Positions 1 to 8,406 of a DNA stretch of 64,000 nt are shown in pieces. This stretch comes from Minisyncoccota bacterium (GTDB taxonomy: Bacteria > Patescibacteriota > Minisyncoccia > Phycocordibacterales > JBAYLF01), in the NCBI GenBank assembly GCA_041664205.1, contig JBAYLF010000004.1:12297-76296 (forward strand), written 5' to 3'. The position numbers and the translations under genes are program-made. The first letter of the stretch is position 1; each line of letters opens with the position of its first letter. The notes beneath the pieces were generated by a model. It was not told the origin of the DNA and did no database searches. It saw only the letters and a list, made by a program, of their open reading frames with translations.

Positions 1-14
1 TAGGGAAGGACGAT

Positions 15-470
15 GTGTTCATTGCACGTTTCCATCCTAAGTGGCTATCTGATCCGAGTAAAAGCGAGCATGTAAATCAATGGCATGCACTGCTTAAAGA
101 AGCGAAAGAGAAAGGAATAGAAGTTGCGGAACAGCCTAAGGGTGTAAATGCTCGTCAGCTTATGATGGCAGCGTATTCATCGGTATCAATGTGGTCTACA
201 ACACTTACAGAGGCGGCGCTTCTTTCATTATCTGTATGCTGGATGTCGCCAGTCTGCAAAGAACGCATGAAAGCTGGACTTGGATTCGAACGTTATCCTC
301 TTGTTGATATCGGATGCGTTGCCGAGGTTTCTTCTCCTGAAGAATATCTCCGAGTTCTTGAGGATCGGAATACGTTTATCGAGAACTGCCGTCGCGAACT
401 TAAACCTGACAGCAAAAATGCAGAGCGAGTTGCAGAGGCAATCAAGGATCTGATATTGGTTTGGTGGTAA
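15..470 (+). CDS. hypothetical protein in a compositionally atypical (GC-richer) segment; ORF is open to the window start, so it may be 5' truncated
   Basis: 151-aa ORF. There is no in-frame stop between position 3 and the ATG at 15. G+C is visibly higher than in the rest of the window. No family recognised from the sequence. Confidence 0.45.
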   Translation: MFIARFHPKWLSDPSKSEHVNQWHALLKEAKEKGIEVAEQPKGVNARQLMMAAYSSVSMWSTTLTEAALLSLSVCWMSPVCKERMKAGLGFERYPLVDIGCVAEVSSPEEYLRVLEDRNTFIENCRRELKPDSKNAERVAEAIKDLILVWW

Positions 471-488
471 AATCCTGTCAAAAAAAGG

Positions 489-522
489 TGCCGCGAGTTT
501 TTTTAAACTCGCGGCTTTTTTA
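489..522 (+). terminator. rho-independent terminator
   Basis: GC hairpin gccgcgagttt/aaactcgcggc followed by TTTTTT, directly after the stop of ORF 15-470. Confidence 0.7.
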
Positions 523-568
523 TAACCAGAAATTAAAATTATACCATCGACAATTAAGTTTTTCGCAT

Positions 569-668
569 AAGTCCTAAAAATTTTGAGCGAGACGAAGAGA
601 AAAATCTGAAGAATATCGAGATATTTTGAAAATTTTTCTCAAAGTCGCAACCAAAATTTTTAGGACTT
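569..668. repeat. nested inverted repeats upstream of gene 738
   Basis: Outer inverted repeat AAGTCCTAAAAATTTT (569-584) / AAAATTTTTAGGACTT (653-668). Inner inverted repeat GAGAAAAAT (597-605) / ATTTTTCTC (632-640). Confidence 0.6.
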
Positions 669-737
669 GGTGCGGATAGATTAATTGGAGATGGTATTAC
701 TATAGAAATATAAAAAATACTGTAGTATAATATTTTT

Positions 738-1967
738 ATGCAAACAGATATTTTTGTAAGCATATTTGGAGAATCTTTAGGATCAGCCTTGCAGATCATC
801 TTTTACGCAATGCCGTTATGGCTACCTTTCTTAGCTGGTTTTGTATTCTGGAAATTATGGGTTCAATATGTGCGAGGTGAATTTATTTCCAAACAAAAAT
901 ACACACTCCTCGAAATCAAATTACCTAAAGAACTTTTCAAATCACCACAAGCCATGGAGACTGTTTTAGCAGGTCTTTATTTAACGATGGGTGAGAGCAC
1001 TTGGTTTGATAAATATTGGCTAGGCAAAATAAGAACATGGTTTTCTCTAGAACTTGTGTCTATAGACGGCAATGTTCATTTTTTCATATGGACAAGAGAT
1101 TATTTTAAAAATACTGTTGAATCACAAATTTACGCTCAATATCCAACAGTTGAAATATACGAAGTTCCTGATTACACACAAAATATATATTTTGATCCAA
1201 ACGTTTATTCTGTGTTCGGAACTTTTTTCAAACTTACAAAACCTGATCCATATCCAATAAAAACTTATGTTGATTACGGTATGGATAAAGATCCTAAAGA
1301 AGAATTTAAAATTGATCCGATTGTTTCTGTTACTGAATTTTTAGGATCATTAAACAAAGGGGAACAAGCATGGATTCAAATTTTAATTCGCGCCCATAAA
1401 AAAGAAAAACGTGATGGGTTATTTTCAGAACCAACAGACTGGAAAACAGACGCTAAAGCAGAGATCAAAAAGATAATGACAGAAGGGTCTTATGTAAAAT
1501 CTGAAGGAGATGATCCTTTCGCTGCAATGAAGCTAACCAGAGGTCAGCAAGATGTAATAAACGCTATGGAAAGAAGTATAAATAAACAAGCCTTTGATAC
1601 AGGGATTAGAGCTATCTATATAGCAGAAAAAGATAAATATAATGCTACTCGCATCCCTGGTATTTTGGGTGTAATGAGACAATACAATTCAAGCACTCTA
1701 AATAGCTTTGGCTTATCTGGCACTACTGGTTTTGATTTCCCTTGGGAAGACTATAAAGATATTCGTTTAAACAAAGTAAAAAAAGATCTAGTAGACGGAT
1801 ATAAACTCCGATCATATTTTCATCCACCATTCAAGAAAAAACCCTTTGTATTAAATACGGAAGAATTAGCAACTATTTTCCATTTCCCTGGAGGCGTAGC
1901 TACAACTCCTACAGTTTCTAGAATAACCTCTAAGAAAGCAGAACCGCCAAGCAATTTGCCTATATAA
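738..1967 (+). CDS. hypothetical membrane protein (two N-terminal TM helices, large soluble C-terminal part)
   Basis: 409-aa ORF. Hydrophobic N-terminus (FYAMPLWLPFLAGFVFW). Conserved-looking C-terminal EELATIFHFPGG. No family assigned. Confidence 0.55.
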   Translation: MQTDIFVSIFGESLGSALQIIFYAMPLWLPFLAGFVFWKLWVQYVRGEFISKQKYTLLEIKLPKELFKSPQAMETVLAGLYLTMGESTWFDKYWLGKIRTWFSLELVSIDGNVHFFIWTRDYFKNTVESQIYAQYPTVEIYEVPDYTQNIYFDPNVYSVFGTFFKLTKPDPYPIKTYVDYGMDKDPKEEFKIDPIVSVTEFLGSLNKGEQAWIQILIRAHKKEKRDGLFSEPTDWKTDAKAEIKKIMTEGSYVKSEGDDPFAAMKLTRGQQDVINAMERSINKQAFDTGIRAIYIAEKDKYNATRIPGILGVMRQYNSSTLNSFGLSGTTGFDFPWEDYKDIRLNKVKKDLVDGYKLRSYFHPPFKKKPFVLNTEELATIFHFPGGVATTPTVSRITSKKAEPPSNLPI

Positions 1968-1972
1968 TAAAC

Positions 1973-2953
1973 ATGGAGAACGAACGAATTCAAAAAATAA
2001 AAATTCTTTTAAAAAAGAAGCAAATAAAAGTTTGCGGAATTTTTTTTATTTTTGTAATTATTTTATACTTTTTATTTTTGTCACCTCCATCAGATTTTCC
2101 TAAAAATTATATCGTAACCATTAAAGAGGGAACTATATCATCTGATATTTCTTCACTTTTAAAATCGGAACATATAATTAAGTATGAATTCATGAATAAT
2201 ATTTTTGTTAGACTTTTAGGAGGACACAGAAAAATCGTATCTGGTGACTATTTTTTCAACAAACCTGAAAATGCTTTCACTATCGCAACTAGAATTATCG
2301 GAGGAAAATTTGAACTAGAACCTATAAAAATTACAATCCCTGAAGGCACGAGCATAAGAGAGATGTCAGATATTTTATCTAAAAAACTTACAAATTTTAA
2401 CGAGCAAGAATTTATTTCTTACACTCAAGGTAAGGAGGGTTACCTTTTTCCGGACACATATTTCTTTTTTCCTAACACTAAAATAGAAAAAATTGTAAGT
2501 ATGATGGAAGATAATTTCCAAAAAAAAATAGACTCTATCAAATCTGAAATAACAGCTTCTGGAAAACCTCTAAAAGATATTGTGATTATGGCTTCAATAA
2601 TAGAGGCAGAGGCTAACACTTCTGAATCCAGAGCTATTGTTTCTGGGATTTTATGGAAACGTTTAAATATAGGAATGCCTCTTCAAGTTGATGCTGCATT
2701 TGAATATATAAACGGCAAAAACACTTCTGAATTAACAAAAAAAGATCTGACCGTTAACTCACCATATAACACTTATAAAAATAAAGGACTACCACCAACA
2801 CCTATAAACAATCCTGGCATTGATTCATTACTAGCTGCAGTAAAACCAACTCAAACTCCATACTTATATTATTTGTCTGATAAAAATACAAAAATACATT
2901 ATGCAAAAACACTTGAAGAACATAATCAAAATATAAAAGATTATTTGAACTAA
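1973..2953 (+). CDS. mltG: endolytic murein transglycosylase MltG (YceG family)
   Basis: N-terminal TM helix. YceG-like region with ILWKRL and GLPPTPINNPG motifs typical of MltG. Confidence 0.8.
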   Translation: MENERIQKIKILLKKKQIKVCGIFFIFVIILYFLFLSPPSDFPKNYIVTIKEGTISSDISSLLKSEHIIKYEFMNNIFVRLLGGHRKIVSGDYFFNKPENAFTIATRIIGGKFELEPIKITIPEGTSIREMSDILSKKLTNFNEQEFISYTQGKEGYLFPDTYFFFPNTKIEKIVSMMEDNFQKKIDSIKSEITASGKPLKDIVIMASIIEAEANTSESRAIVSGILWKRLNIGMPLQVDAAFEYINGKNTSELTKKDLTVNSPYNTYKNKGLPPTPINNPGIDSLLAAVKPTQTPYLYYLSDKNTKIHYAKTLEEHNQNIKDYLN

Positions 2954-3009
2954 TTTTTTATAATACTTAAATAAACAAAAAGAGCGGTGACTTTAATCAC
3001 TGCTCTTAT

Positions 3010-3552
3010 TTATTTATCTTTTTTATCGTCTATTAATTCATACTTTCTCTTCAATAAATAAGCGTAAATTTTTTGAGCTAATATATATTTGCAATCATAC
3101 CAAGGCAGATCGCGTTCGATTTCAAAGACATATAAATGATTGCGCACTTGATCTACGAAATCTTCATCAATTGTATTTAAAATCTTTTTAAGAGATGGTG
3201 GATATCTAAAATTAACCAAACAACCACGAAGTTCCAACTGATCGAAAAAAAATACATATCGCATCCTAGAGTAATCAATAAAAGAAGATACGATTTTACT
3301 AAATAAAAAAAGTAAATCATCACGTCTTCTTGCAAGAGTTGGATTGTTTATTAATTTTTGCTCTACTTCACAGAATATCTGTGTTATTTTACCTGCAAGC
3401 TCAATAAAGTTTTTTATTAATTTAATATTATTTCTCGGTTCGCTTTTTATTAAATCCTTAAAAACATAATCTAGCGCTTTTATCCGATCTAAAAGATCTT
3501 CTATTTCTTTCATATCTACACTAAATGATACAACTAATTGATTATGTATCAA
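3010..3552 (-). CDS. hypothetical protein
   Basis: 180-aa ORF. No recognisable motifs. Its extreme N-terminus overlaps the longest mnmA reading frame, so the true start may be an internal Met. Confidence 0.4.
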   Translation of the reverse strand: MIHNQLVVSFSVDMKEIEDLLDRIKALDYVFKDLIKSEPRNNIKLIKNFIELAGKITQIFCEVEQKLINNPTLARRRDDLLFLFSKIVSSFIDYSRMRYVFFFDQLELRGCLVNFRYPPSLKKILNTIDEDFVDQVRNHLYVFEIERDLPWYDCKYILAQKIYAYLLKRKYELIDDKKDK

Positions 3553-3608
3553 ATTTTATAAGCACACGATATCTGGCATATTGTATTTTTTATGATACCA
3601 TAACTAAA

Positions 3609-4724
3609 ATGATCAAAAGTCAAGTAAAAAAAATACCAACAAAACACAGAAAACAAGGACGGAATGTCTTTGTTGGACTTTCTGGTGGAGTTGATTCATC
3701 TGTTGCGGCATATTTACTAAAAAAAGAAGGCTTCAACGTTACAGGAGTTTTTATTAAAGTTTGGCACCCAGACTTTCTAAAATGTAATTGGAAAGAAGAA
3801 AAAAGAGACGCAATGAGAGTTTGCGCTCATTTGGATATTCCTTTTAAAATGCTCGATCTTGAAAAAGAATACAAAAAAGATGTCGTTGATTATATGATAG
3901 AAAAATACAAAGAGGGAATTACGCCAAATCCCGATGTTATGTGCAACAAATACGTAAAATTCGGTGGCTTTTATGATTGGGCTTTGAAAAATGGCGCTGA
4001 CTTCATAGCGACAGGGCACTACGCGATTAAAAACGAAGTAGAAGGAAAATATCAATTATTAGCATCAAAAGACAAGAACAAAGATCAGACGTATTTTTTA
4101 TGGACTCTTACACAAAAACAGCTAGAAAAAATCCTTTTCCCAATAGGGCATTTGCAAAAAGAAGAATTAAGAAAAATTGCAAAAATCGCAGGCCTTTCAA
4201 CTTTTGATAAAAAAGATAGCCAAGGTTTGTGCTTTATCGGAAAAGTAGATATGAGAGACTTTTTAAAAAAATTTATTAAATCAGAGAAAGGAAAAGTTCT
4301 AGACAAAAAAGGAAACGTGATAGGAACTCACGAGGGAGCTTATTTTTATACGATCGGACAAAGACATGGCTTCATCATCAGTAAAAAAAATCCAGAAGAG
4401 AAACCTTTGTTTGTCATTTCTAAAAAAATAGAAAAAAACACGATAACAGTATCTGAAGAACAATTGCCTGAAACTGATATTGGAAACAGGACTGATGTTG
4501 TTATTGAAAATATAAATTGGATTTCAAAAGAATTAATAAATGATAAATCAATTTATTCTGCAAGAATAAGATATAGACAACCGTTGCATGATTGCAAAAT
4601 AAAAAAAATAAATGATAAAAAATGGATAGTATCTTTCATAGAGCCCACTGAACCATTTTCACCAGGACAGTCATTAGTTGTTTATAATAATGACATTTGC
4701 TTAGGTGGTGGAATAATTTGCTAG
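3609..4724 (+). CDS. mnmA: tRNA-specific 2-thiouridylase MnmA
   Basis: PP-loop SGGVDSS in VGLSGGVDSSVAAYLL, and MnmA-like C-terminal region. Start placed at the internal Met (MIKSQV...) to avoid overlap with the upstream gene. Confidence 0.85.
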   Translation: MIKSQVKKIPTKHRKQGRNVFVGLSGGVDSSVAAYLLKKEGFNVTGVFIKVWHPDFLKCNWKEEKRDAMRVCAHLDIPFKMLDLEKEYKKDVVDYMIEKYKEGITPNPDVMCNKYVKFGGFYDWALKNGADFIATGHYAIKNEVEGKYQLLASKDKNKDQTYFLWTLTQKQLEKILFPIGHLQKEELRKIAKIAGLSTFDKKDSQGLCFIGKVDMRDFLKKFIKSEKGKVLDKKGNVIGTHEGAYFYTIGQRHGFIISKKNPEEKPLFVISKKIEKNTITVSEEQLPETDIGNRTDVVIENINWISKELINDKSIYSARIRYRQPLHDCKIKKINDKKWIVSFIEPTEPFSPGQSLVVYNNDICLGGGIIC

Positions 4725-4886
4725 GAACTTATTCTCTGTCTCGTGGTACCCAGGATAAAAAAGACTGTTTTTGAGCGAAAAACTAGACGGAGTACGAAAT
4801 GTAATAGAATTACATTGAGGACGAGTCGAAGTTTTGCAGCCAAAAACAGTCTTTTTTAGACAGGGGGAAGATAGAGAATAGGTTCC
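4724..4886. other. highly structured nested inverted-repeat element (MITE-like element or structured ncRNA)
   Basis: Outer 14-bp inverted repeat GGAACTTATTCTCT / AGAGAATAGGTTCC (one G-T mismatch). Then CTGTCTC/AGACAG, a 17-bp stem AAAAAAGACTGTTTTTG / CAAAAACAGTCTTTTTT, and an inner AATGTAAT/ATTACATT hairpin. Confidence 0.6.
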
Positions 4887-4948
4887 TGTTTCTACTCAAA
4901 ATAAAAAGCTGGTATAATAGATGTAATTAAAAATTTACATTTACTAAC

Positions 4949-5788
4949 GTGCCACAAAAAGATATCTACGTAATAAAACATAGCGGTGAAAAACAAGCTT
5001 TTGATTTTAATAAACTAAAAAGTTCACTGCAGAAATCAAGGATACCGGAGCAAACTGCTGAAAAAGTAGCCGAACATATAAAAAAAGAAGTAAAAAACGG
5101 CATGACTACGAATGAGATTTACGATAGTGCCTATGATTTTTTACACGCAATAGAACGCACATCTGCGGCAAAATATTCGCTAAGAAGATCTATTTTTAGC
5201 CTCGGACCAACAGGTTTTCCTTTTGAGGATCTTGTGGGAGAAATTTTTAAGAAAAAAGGTTATTCGATAAAAAACGATGTGATGATACAAGGTAAGTGCG
5301 TTTCTCATGAGATTGACCTTGTTGCTTGGAAAGAAAATAGTGTAATCGTTTCTGAAATAAAATTCCACAACAAAGTAGGTGAAAAAACCGATCTAAAAGT
5401 TGCTCTTTATGTAAAGGCGAGACTTGACGATCTCTACAAATCAACATTGCATCTTGATGGAAAAGAAAGACATATGGATGAAGGGTGGCTTGTAACAAAT
5501 ACAAAATTCACCACAACCGCAATACAATACGGAACATGCGAAAATATAAAATTGATAGGCTGGAGCTACCCAAAAGAAGGTAACTTGCAAAACCTCATTG
5601 AAGAGTGCGGACTTCATCCTCTCACATGTTTAACAACGCTCTCATTTAATGAAAAAAGAACACTATTAGAAAAGGGGATTGTTATATGTAAAACACTGGA
5701 AAATAATCATGAAATTTTAAGAGATTTGAGATTAGATGATGAAAGAATAAAAGAAGTTTTGGAAGAGATAAAAGTTTTAACAACATAA
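4949..5788 (+). CDS. ATP-cone domain fused to an Mrr-like (PD-(D/E)xK) restriction endonuclease domain
   Basis: N-terminus VIKHSGEKQAFDFNKL... matches ATP-cone (NrdR-like). Central HEIDLVAW...VSEIKF gives a D-(x)n-ExK nuclease motif like the Mrr catalytic domain. GTG start. Confidence 0.65.
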   Translation: MPQKDIYVIKHSGEKQAFDFNKLKSSLQKSRIPEQTAEKVAEHIKKEVKNGMTTNEIYDSAYDFLHAIERTSAAKYSLRRSIFSLGPTGFPFEDLVGEIFKKKGYSIKNDVMIQGKCVSHEIDLVAWKENSVIVSEIKFHNKVGEKTDLKVALYVKARLDDLYKSTLHLDGKERHMDEGWLVTNTKFTTTAIQYGTCENIKLIGWSYPKEGNLQNLIEECGLHPLTCLTTLSFNEKRTLLEKGIVICKTLENNHEILRDLRLDDERIKEVLEEIKVLTT

Positions 5789-5809
5789 ATCTATTATCAA
5801 ATAAAAATA

Positions 5810-6691
5810 ATGAGCCAATATTACAATCCAAAAAGAACAAGAAATGTTTTTGATCCGAGATCAAAAGAACCATTCAGATTGAGCCGATCAAAGATCGACT
5901 TATTCGTTCAATGTCAGCGATGTTTTTATTTGGATATCAGACTCGGAGTCGGACGCCCTTCTTCCTTTCCAATGACTTTAAATAATGCTGTTGACCTACT
6001 AATGAAAAAAGAATTCGACATTCACCGAGTAAAAAAACAGGCTCATCCTTTAATGAAAAAATATGGGATAGATGCAATACCTCTTACTCATGAAAAAATG
6101 GACGAGTGGCGAGATGCACTTCGAAGCGGTGTTTCGTGTTTAGATAAAGAAACAAACTTAATTCTTCGCGGTGGTGTAGATGATATTTGGGTAAATCCAA
6201 AGGGAGAATTTATTGTCGTAGATTATAAAGCAACAAGTAAAGATGAAGAAATCACACTGGACGATGAATGGAAAATTCAATACAAACGCCAGATGGAAAT
6301 TTATCAATGGCTTCTTAGACAAAATGGGTTCAAAGTATCTGAGACTGGATATTTTGTTTACGTAAACGGCAAAACCGACAAAGAAGCATTTGACGCAAAA
6401 CTTGAATTTGATGTCACCATCATTCCTTACAAAGGAGATGACAGTTGGATACACGAGGTAATTATAAATATGAAAAAATGCTTAATGTCTCCAAACTTAC
6501 CTGAAGCTACAAGCAATTGCGACTATTGCAGATACAGAGAATCAGCAGGAACATCTATAAGAGAATTATATAAAGACAAAACAACTGCACTTGCAAAAAA
6601 TTCAGAGAATTTATCAAAACCTCCAAAAGAAAAAAAGAGAACAAAAAATCCAAAAAAAGACGGGGGAATTCAAAACAAAACTATTTTTTAA
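5810..6691 (+). CDS. Cas4-like PD-(D/E)xK nuclease with a probable Fe-S cluster (RecB-like nuclease fold)
   Basis: GGVDDIW...VVDYKAT (D..D-x-K). QMEIYQW matches the QxxxY motif. N-terminal CQRC plus C-terminal CDYC give a 4-Cys pattern typical of Cas4/AddB-type nucleases. Confidence 0.65.
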   Translation: MSQYYNPKRTRNVFDPRSKEPFRLSRSKIDLFVQCQRCFYLDIRLGVGRPSSFPMTLNNAVDLLMKKEFDIHRVKKQAHPLMKKYGIDAIPLTHEKMDEWRDALRSGVSCLDKETNLILRGGVDDIWVNPKGEFIVVDYKATSKDEEITLDDEWKIQYKRQMEIYQWLLRQNGFKVSETGYFVYVNGKTDKEAFDAKLEFDVTIIPYKGDDSWIHEVIINMKKCLMSPNLPEATSNCDYCRYRESAGTSIRELYKDKTTALAKNSENLSKPPKEKKRTKNPKKDGGIQNKTIF

Positions 6692-6730
6692 AATTTTAGC
6701 AATAACACTAAAATACTAATGTGGCAAGAC

Positions 6731-6760
6731 TTGTAAAACAAGTTTTGTAAGGTGTATAGT
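6731..6760 (+). promoter_or_regulatory. sigma70-like promoter (TTGTAA-N18-TATAGT)
   Basis: Hexamers read directly from the sequence, about 40 nt upstream of ORF 6801. Confidence 0.4.
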
Positions 6761-6800
6761 AGGAAAAGAAAAACTATCAAAAAGGGAAGAAGGGACTGAT

Positions 6801-7415
6801 ATGCAACTTGTTGAAGAATTTAATCAAGAATTATTTTTTCGTCTAAAAAAACTTTTAAGTGTATTAAAGCTCCTAGCTACAGCACTTAGAGACGAAAATC
6901 GTGAAGCTTTTTATAAAGAAACAAAGATCAAAATCACAAACGGAAAAGACTTAAGTGGCTTATCAAAAAAAGCTCGCAAACATCATGAATTTGATCAAGC
7001 AGAAGAAGATAAATTTTTTGCTTATCATCTTTATGATTTTTACTTAGGAAAAAAGGGAATCATCGAAATTAAGCCATATCTTATCATCCCAAAAGATGAA
7101 AAAGGAGATGTTATACCTGAGCCAAGTTCTGACGATGTATTAAGACAGATTCTATATACAATCAAAAATTTTGGTCAGTATGTAGAAATTGTCGATAATT
7201 ACAACAGACGAGCAACAGCATCGATTTTGAAAAAAGATGCATGGCTGGTTACAGATGAAGAAGCATCCGAGCACTATAGCAGTGCTGCAGATCATCAAAA
7301 AAACCAGATCTATCTTAAACCCAAAGGTTTATTTGAATTATTCCAGTGGTATAGCGATTTTATCGACTGGGATGAAAGAAAACACGAGGAAGATGAAGAG
7401 GAAAATCCAAAATAG
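6801..7415 (+). CDS. hypothetical protein
   Basis: 204-aa ORF with a GA-rich RBS-like sequence upstream (aagaagggact), followed by a terminator. No family recognised. Acidic C-terminus. Confidence 0.5.
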   Translation: MQLVEEFNQELFFRLKKLLSVLKLLATALRDENREAFYKETKIKITNGKDLSGLSKKARKHHEFDQAEEDKFFAYHLYDFYLGKKGIIEIKPYLIIPKDEKGDVIPEPSSDDVLRQILYTIKNFGQYVEIVDNYNRRATASILKKDAWLVTDEEASEHYSSAADHQKNQIYLKPKGLFELFQWYSDFIDWDERKHEEDEEENPK

Positions 7416-7416
7416 A

Positions 7417-7456
7417 GGGCGGACTTGTTATCAAGTCCGCCCTATTGACTTTTTTA
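7417..7456 (+). terminator. rho-independent terminator
   Basis: Hairpin gggcggacttg-ttat-caagtccgccc followed by a T-run. Confidence 0.6.
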
Positions 7457-7496
7457 AAAAAAGGTTTATCATTTTAACTAAGAAAGGGGGTGTAAA

Positions 7497-7667
7497 ATGA
7501 GCACTCAAAGTTCATTCCAAGATGTTGAAAGGACACAATTGGTAATTGCGATTCGTATAAAAAGGCTTAATCGACAAATTGCTGAAGCAAGTGTAAAAGA
7601 TCCCAAAGGACATGCTGTCAAGCTTCTGATGATTGAAAAAAAACAACTGGAATCCCAACAACATTGA
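7497..7667 (+). CDS. small protein (56 aa), possibly DUF465/YdcH-like
   Basis: Strong SD (AAGGGGGTG) 6 nt upstream of the ATG and its own terminator. The coiled-coil-like segment AVKLLMIEKKQLESQ resembles YdcH-family small proteins. Below the 60-aa ORF-track cutoff. Confidence 0.5.
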   Translation: MSTQSSFQDVERTQLVIAIRIKRLNRQIAEASVKDPKGHAVKLLMIEKKQLESQQH

Positions 7668-7683
7668 AAGAAAAAACCTAAAA

Positions 7684-7712
7684 GGGTGGGCCTACAAAAA
7701 GACCCACCTTTT
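7684..7712 (+). terminator. rho-independent terminator
   Basis: gggtgggcc-tacaaaaa-gacccacc followed by TTTT. Confidence 0.65.
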
Positions 7713-7738
7713 AACTTGTCTAAATTTTTATTATTTTT

Positions 7739-8350
7739 ATGCAAACAAAAGAACAACTATTAGATCAATTAAAAAACGCTTCGAAAGTTTTTGAAAATCA
7801 GCTTATTGAAGAAGCTTTTACAAAAATCGACAGGGCAGACTTCGTTCCTGAAGATTATAATATAGAAGCATACGAAGATTATCCTTTACCAATAGGATAT
7901 GACCAGACAATTTCGCAACCAACGACTACTGCATTTATGTTAGAACTTTTGGACCCCAAACCAGGAGAAAAAATCCTAGACGTTGGCTCAGGATCAGGAT
8001 TTACAACCGCACTACTTGCACAAATAGTTGGAAAAAAAGGAGAAGTTTGGGGAGTAGAAATTATTCCAGAATTAGTAGAAATATCAAAACAAAGCATAGT
8101 AAAATACAACCTTCCACAAGCTCATATAGAACTTACAAAAAAGATGGGTAGAGCAGAAAAAGCTCCTTTTGATAAAATTTTAGTGAGTGCTTCTGCCAAA
8201 GAACTTCCAGGCGAACTTATCAATCAGCTTAAAGTTGGAGGCATAATGGTCATTCCTGTAGAAGAAACTATTTATAAAATTAAAAAAACCGAAAAAGGTT
8301 TTGAGGAAGAAAAAGATTTTCCAGGATTCTTATTTGTGCCGTTAAGATAA
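7739..8350 (+). CDS. pcm: protein-L-isoaspartate O-methyltransferase
   Basis: TISQP motif and SAM-binding LDVGSGSGF. Length and layout typical of PCMT. Confidence 0.85.
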   Translation: MQTKEQLLDQLKNASKVFENQLIEEAFTKIDRADFVPEDYNIEAYEDYPLPIGYDQTISQPTTTAFMLELLDPKPGEKILDVGSGSGFTTALLAQIVGKKGEVWGVEIIPELVEISKQSIVKYNLPQAHIELTKKMGRAEKAPFDKILVSASAKELPGELINQLKVGGIMVIPVEETIYKIKKTEKGFEEEKDFPGFLFVPLR

Positions 8351-8358
8351 TAAAAATA

Positions 8359-8395
8359 ATTGAGGTTAGCAGTTGCTAACCTCAATTTTTTTATT
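8359..8395. terminator. bidirectional rho-independent terminator
   Basis: aattgaggttagc/gctaacctcaatt hairpin flanked by T-runs on both strands, between convergent genes. Confidence 0.7.
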
Positions 8396-8406
8396 TTATT
8401 TAAAAA

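Noticed and set aside
293-481. 62-aa ORF on the - strand
   Set aside because: Entirely antisense to the better-supported + strand ORF 15-470. Spurious
554-799. 81-aa ORF on the - strand
   Set aside because: Lies over the inverted-repeat intergenic region and the start of gene 738. Low-complexity translation of AT-rich sequence
1072-1260. 62-aa ORF on the + strand
   Set aside because: Alternative frame inside the 738-1967 coding region. Spurious
3777-4306. Two - strand ORFs (92 and 73 aa)
   Set aside because: Antisense within mnmA. The Phe/Lys-rich translations are typical of AT-rich antisense frames
7505-7756. 83-aa ORF on the - strand
   Set aside because: Overlaps the well-supported small + strand gene 7497-7667 (strong SD, terminator) and the pcm start. 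Spurious
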